DNA of 64,000 bases from Lingula anatina (Eukaryota; Animalia; Brachiopoda), in contig CM120644.1 of the NCBI GenBank assembly GCA_051362555.1, positions 4,720,954 to 4,784,953 on the forward strand, written 5' to 3'. The notes beneath the pieces are model-generated. The model saw only the letters and a list, made by a program, of their open reading frames with translations. It did no database searches and was not told the origin of the DNA. Positions 54,001-64,000 of this stretch are shown here, piece by piece. Position numbers and translations under genes: made by a program. Numbering within the stretch: position 1 is the first letter of the stretch; the number at the start of each line of letters is the position of its first letter.

Positions 54001-56728
54001 GCATGTGTGTGTGTGTGTGTATTGTTTGTGTGTGTGTGTGGAAGGGGGTGTGTGCATATAGTGTGCATGCTTGTTGGTGGGTGTGCATGTGTTTGTGGCT
54101 GATGTCTCTAAACAAGTTCTCACTACTCCCACATAAAACACGTTAACAATCCTTGAACTTTGATTTCTACCTACAGATACTTGGAACCTAACAACACATA
54201 ACTTGTGACAATTAAGTAACAACATGGCAACAGCAGCAGTATCAACATTATTGTTAATGATGATATTGCCAGCATTGGCAGTTAACCCACTACCTGATAC
54301 AAGGGGAGACTGGAGACAAGATAGGAATCCTAAACCAGAACCAAAATTCTATCCGCAATTCATCCACACTGTTGGAAACTCAGCAAGTACTGTGCCAAAG
54401 TACAAATATGGAGTCCTTTTCAGTGAGAAACCTCAACACCATCAAAAAAATTTCAAAACGACATTTTCTCACCACCATAGAACACCTACTGGTAAAGATG
54501 GAGAATTGATTGGGAAAGCAGCAGAGTCTGTTTTAAAATTTTCTGAAGCCACGCCAGACCAAACTGGAGGCACACATATAAGACAGAGACCAGGGTATGC
54601 TGTACCTGTACATGGTGTCCAGTGTCCACAGGTGTGCAGGTGTGACTTCCACACAGGTATGACAAACTGCAGCCGTGAGGGACTTGAGCAGATTCCATCA
54701 GGTATTCCACCCAACACAACTCAGCTGGAGTTAGCCAACAACAACCTGGTAGACCTACCTGATATGGCCTTCAGTGATCTATTTCAGCTCCAGGTGAACA
54801 ATGCATGATATTGGCTCCTCAGACTACCATGCTTTTCACACTGTCACATCTAACACAATGACAACACACTGTCACATCTAACACAATGACAAAAACAACA
54901 CATTTAATGACATTTCATCTACCAAAATGCCACATTTAATACTGTAACAATGTTACACATAATGTGACATTAAAATTGCCAACACCCCACACAACAGTTA
55001 TGATTAATAACTATATCACCATCAATCTTTAATACCTGGCTTCTTTACCATTTCCTACAGGAGATAGGTCTCAGTGGGAACTACCTAAACTTAAGCAGTT
55101 TCCATGTCTCCACCTTCAAGACAAAGAACCCCACGCTGACCACACTGGACCTCATGGGGTCCAACCTCCCCGAGGTGCCCCCTTATCTACCCCACTCCCT
55201 TACGTACCTCTACCTGATACAGTGTGGGATGAGGACTCTGAGAAATGAGTCATTCCTGGGAACACCTCTCCTAGAACACCTGGACCTGTCAAATAACCAG
55301 ATCACTGAGCTCCCAGGTGGGGTGTTCAAACCTCTCTCCAGGCTCCAGGTGCTGTACATCAGTTTTAACCAGATACTTTGTGTACCTGAGGGGCTGTTCT
55401 GGGGAAATCAGATGCTCAGTATTCTGAGTCTAAGGTGAGTCCTTGTGGTGCAATTACTATTAGGAACAAACTTTTTACATTAATCACTACAACAACCACT
55501 AGCAGGAAAGGATTGAGACCGTCTTCTGGGTCTTTCGGAACATAAGGAAACTGATCATTTAAAAATGAGTGCAGGTTCTTTGTGGCTTTATAAAAGAATG
55601 ATCTTCCCTTCTTTATTATCAAGGTTTTACATAAAGGAAAAAAAATGAAAAAAAATCTTACATATACATTTTTTCTAGATTTAATCAGCTCAAAGAAATC
55701 CCAAAAGGGGCAGAGATGTATCCTCTCAGAATTGAACACCTTGATTTTGTTGGAAACCCAATTACAACTGTCCCAGCCAGAGTCTTTGAAAACCTAACCC
55801 AGCTTCAAACCCTGGAAATCTGGCAATGCATTAGTCTTACAACCATCGAGGATTATGCCTTCTCAGGCTTGGGAAATCTCCAGATCCTTGATTTGAATGA
55901 ATGCAACATTAGCAATGGGATAACAAACAAGACTTTCCAAGGACTGACAACATTATGGGAACTGTATGTCTATGGCAACAACATACCGAGTATGGAGGCA
56001 GGGGGATTGCTTCCCATGAAAGCACTTAGCTCCCTGTGGCTACAAGACAACAAGTTCTCCACACTGGAAGAGGGCTCCATCAGCAAGGTGACCAACCCCA
56101 AACTGTCTGAGGTCTTCTTAGAATTCAATCCGTGGATCTGCGACTGCCACCTGCACTGGCTGAGAGAGCAGATGGACCGAGGGAATTTCACCATCATGGA
56201 TCCACACCTGATTGTGTGCTCAGGACCAGAACATATCAAAGGAAAGGCTTGGGACCAACTGAAGCCTTCTGACTTTGTCTGCACATAACATATATCAAAG
56301 GCAAGGCTTGAGACCAACTGAAGCCTTCTGCACATACTGTAATATAGCTATGATACACTACTACACTGAGATCCCTCTGTATAATGAACTAAACTGGGTA
56401 TGTAATTACATGTATCACATTCAAGTTTTCTGAGTTTTAAAATTACAGTGTGTGCCATTATTTGCATTACTACTACATGTATACATGTACGTGGTACATT
56501 TCAGAACAAATGGCAGTGTGCAATTTGTAAACTTGTGAACCCCTTAAGCCATTCTGAGGAGTAGCTGCAGGTAAAAATGGCACTTTTATGATAGCACGCC
56601 AACTGCGCTTTGACTTTCATTGGCTTTGTCAAGTTTCAAATGATCAATCAACTTACCGTGCCGTCTGTCTCAAGTAATTTTTCACCTTTGTATTCGGGGA
56701 ATTCATTTACAAACTCCCTACTACCCAT
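49446..56728 (-). CDS. LANCL2: LanC-like protein (LANCL1/2 family), 9 exons, ~401 aa
   Basis: Exons 56728-56657, 53421-53304, 52803-52587, 52158-52014, 51531-51391, 50947-50762, 50357-50181, 49836-49764, 49522-49446 (1206 nt, in frame). Motifs SVYTG, SFLCGDAGPLA, DEILFGRAGYL, YLGAAHG, HWCHGAPG, GICHGVAGNAY, TPDRPLSLFEG, AKFPAFQL*. Zn-ligand Cys/Cys/His retained. Likely pro-ortholog of vertebrate LANCL1/2. Confidence 0.95.
50053..50105. repeat. (AT)n microsatellite
   Basis: Seen directly. Confidence 0.95.
54224..56288 (+). CDS. Secreted leucine-rich-repeat protein (signal peptide, LRRNT, LRRs, LRRCT; ~517 aa), nested antisense in LanCL intron 1
   Basis: Exons 54224-54793, 55061-55434 and 55679-56288 (GT-AG, phases 0 and 2). 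LRRNT CPQVCRC..NCSREGLEQIPSGIP; LRRs such as LEHLDLSNNQITELP; LRRCT NPWICDCHL..C..P....GK....L.PSDFVC; no TM segment. Confidence 0.92.
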
Positions 56729-57166
56729 AATGAATAACAACTAGAAATCTCTTGGTAGTCAATGTGTCGCTTGTCAAGCATTAAAATGTTTATTTTGCAC
56801 AACTTATTTTGCCATCTTGATTTGAGACCACAAACAAGCAGTACTGTGGTTTATTTTGATTAGCAGCCGCGCATCGTAAAGTCGGTTTAATCTTACAGAT
56901 ATTTACGAAATTAATCGTCCATAATATCCCTAAAATATATTTCTGTTGTAGATGAATAATTTTACTACCCGAAAGTACACGAAAATTTGTTTTTATTGTT
57001 AAAATAGCTTTAAAATTGTCAAAAGTCTACCAGGGAAAAGAACGACTTTACGTCTTGCAAATGACTTGTTTGTTTCGGCCATCGTTTTCCTCGTGACCGG
57101 GTCGTGACTCCCAGATAATAAATGTTAGTGCTATGGTGCCATAGAAATCGGACACCTGTTTGCATT
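56729..57166. promoter_or_regulatory. Probable bidirectional promoter and 5'UTR region between LanCL and TMEM106B
   Basis: Divergent start codons are 438 bp apart. Locally CpG-richer, with a YY1-like gccatcttg (~56811) and tandem tcgtgac motifs (57091-57108). Confidence 0.6.
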
Positions 57167-63611
<6,445 letters not shown>

Positions 63612-64000
63612 GTGAGTATTTCTGCACTGTTTGTTTATTTTTTAACTTAAACATCTGAATTGTATTACTAATGGGTTGCCTATTCTGTTGTTTGGTCACT
63701 GTGGATTCTTTTTGAATAAGAATGTTGATATCAAGTGGTAACTATATCAATAACCCTGTTACTGCAATTATCAATACTAGTATATTTTCAACATAATTAG
63801 CTGTAAGTCAGTATTTGTTTTAACTAAAAGGCACAATTTCATTAGAGATTTCTTGTGTCAAAACAGTAATCCATTAATTGTTTAACATTTTGTGGTTTAA
63901 TTTTGTTTGTTTCAGAAATAAATTTAAAAATAAAAATAAAAAATAAAGATAACAGGTGAAGAACCTCTGCAAGTATTCATATTTGACGAAGAATTATAGC

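Noticed and set aside
49446-56728. Bacterial lanthipeptide cluster or horizontally transferred lanC
   Set aside because: Nine spliceosomal exons with animal LANCL motifs; no dehydratase, precursor peptide or transporter.

Overview
AT-rich, intron-containing animal genomic DNA, most likely from a marine invertebrate; the taxon cannot be fixed from sequence alone. I assembled seven complete gene models and one partial model by hand from GT-AG junctions and reading-frame phase. (1) A 3-coding-exon secreted or GPI-type somatomedin-B-like cysteine-rich protein (+, 9093-12137). (2-4) Three intact tandem 8-exon 2OG-Fe(II) dioxygenases of the DIOX_N/IPNS-like family (-, 15774-48034); the middle copy looks like an anti-Lepore-type chimera of the outer two. 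(5) A 9-exon LanC-like gene (-, 49446-56728). (6) A 3-exon secreted LRR gene lying antisense inside LanCL intron 1. (7) The 5' part of TMEM106B (+, from 57167), head-to-head with LanCL. (8) A CUT-domain plus homeodomain unit on the same strand inside TMEM106B intron 1; both domains look SATB-type, and its first visible exon is phase-compatible with TMEM106B exon 1, suggesting a CUX/CASP-like shared-exon arrangement. This last unit is the most novel candidate. Many non-autonomous transposons are present, including Ginger1-like and Academ-like foldback elements whose empty sites are visible in the paralogs. No RNA genes or CRISPR arrays are supported.
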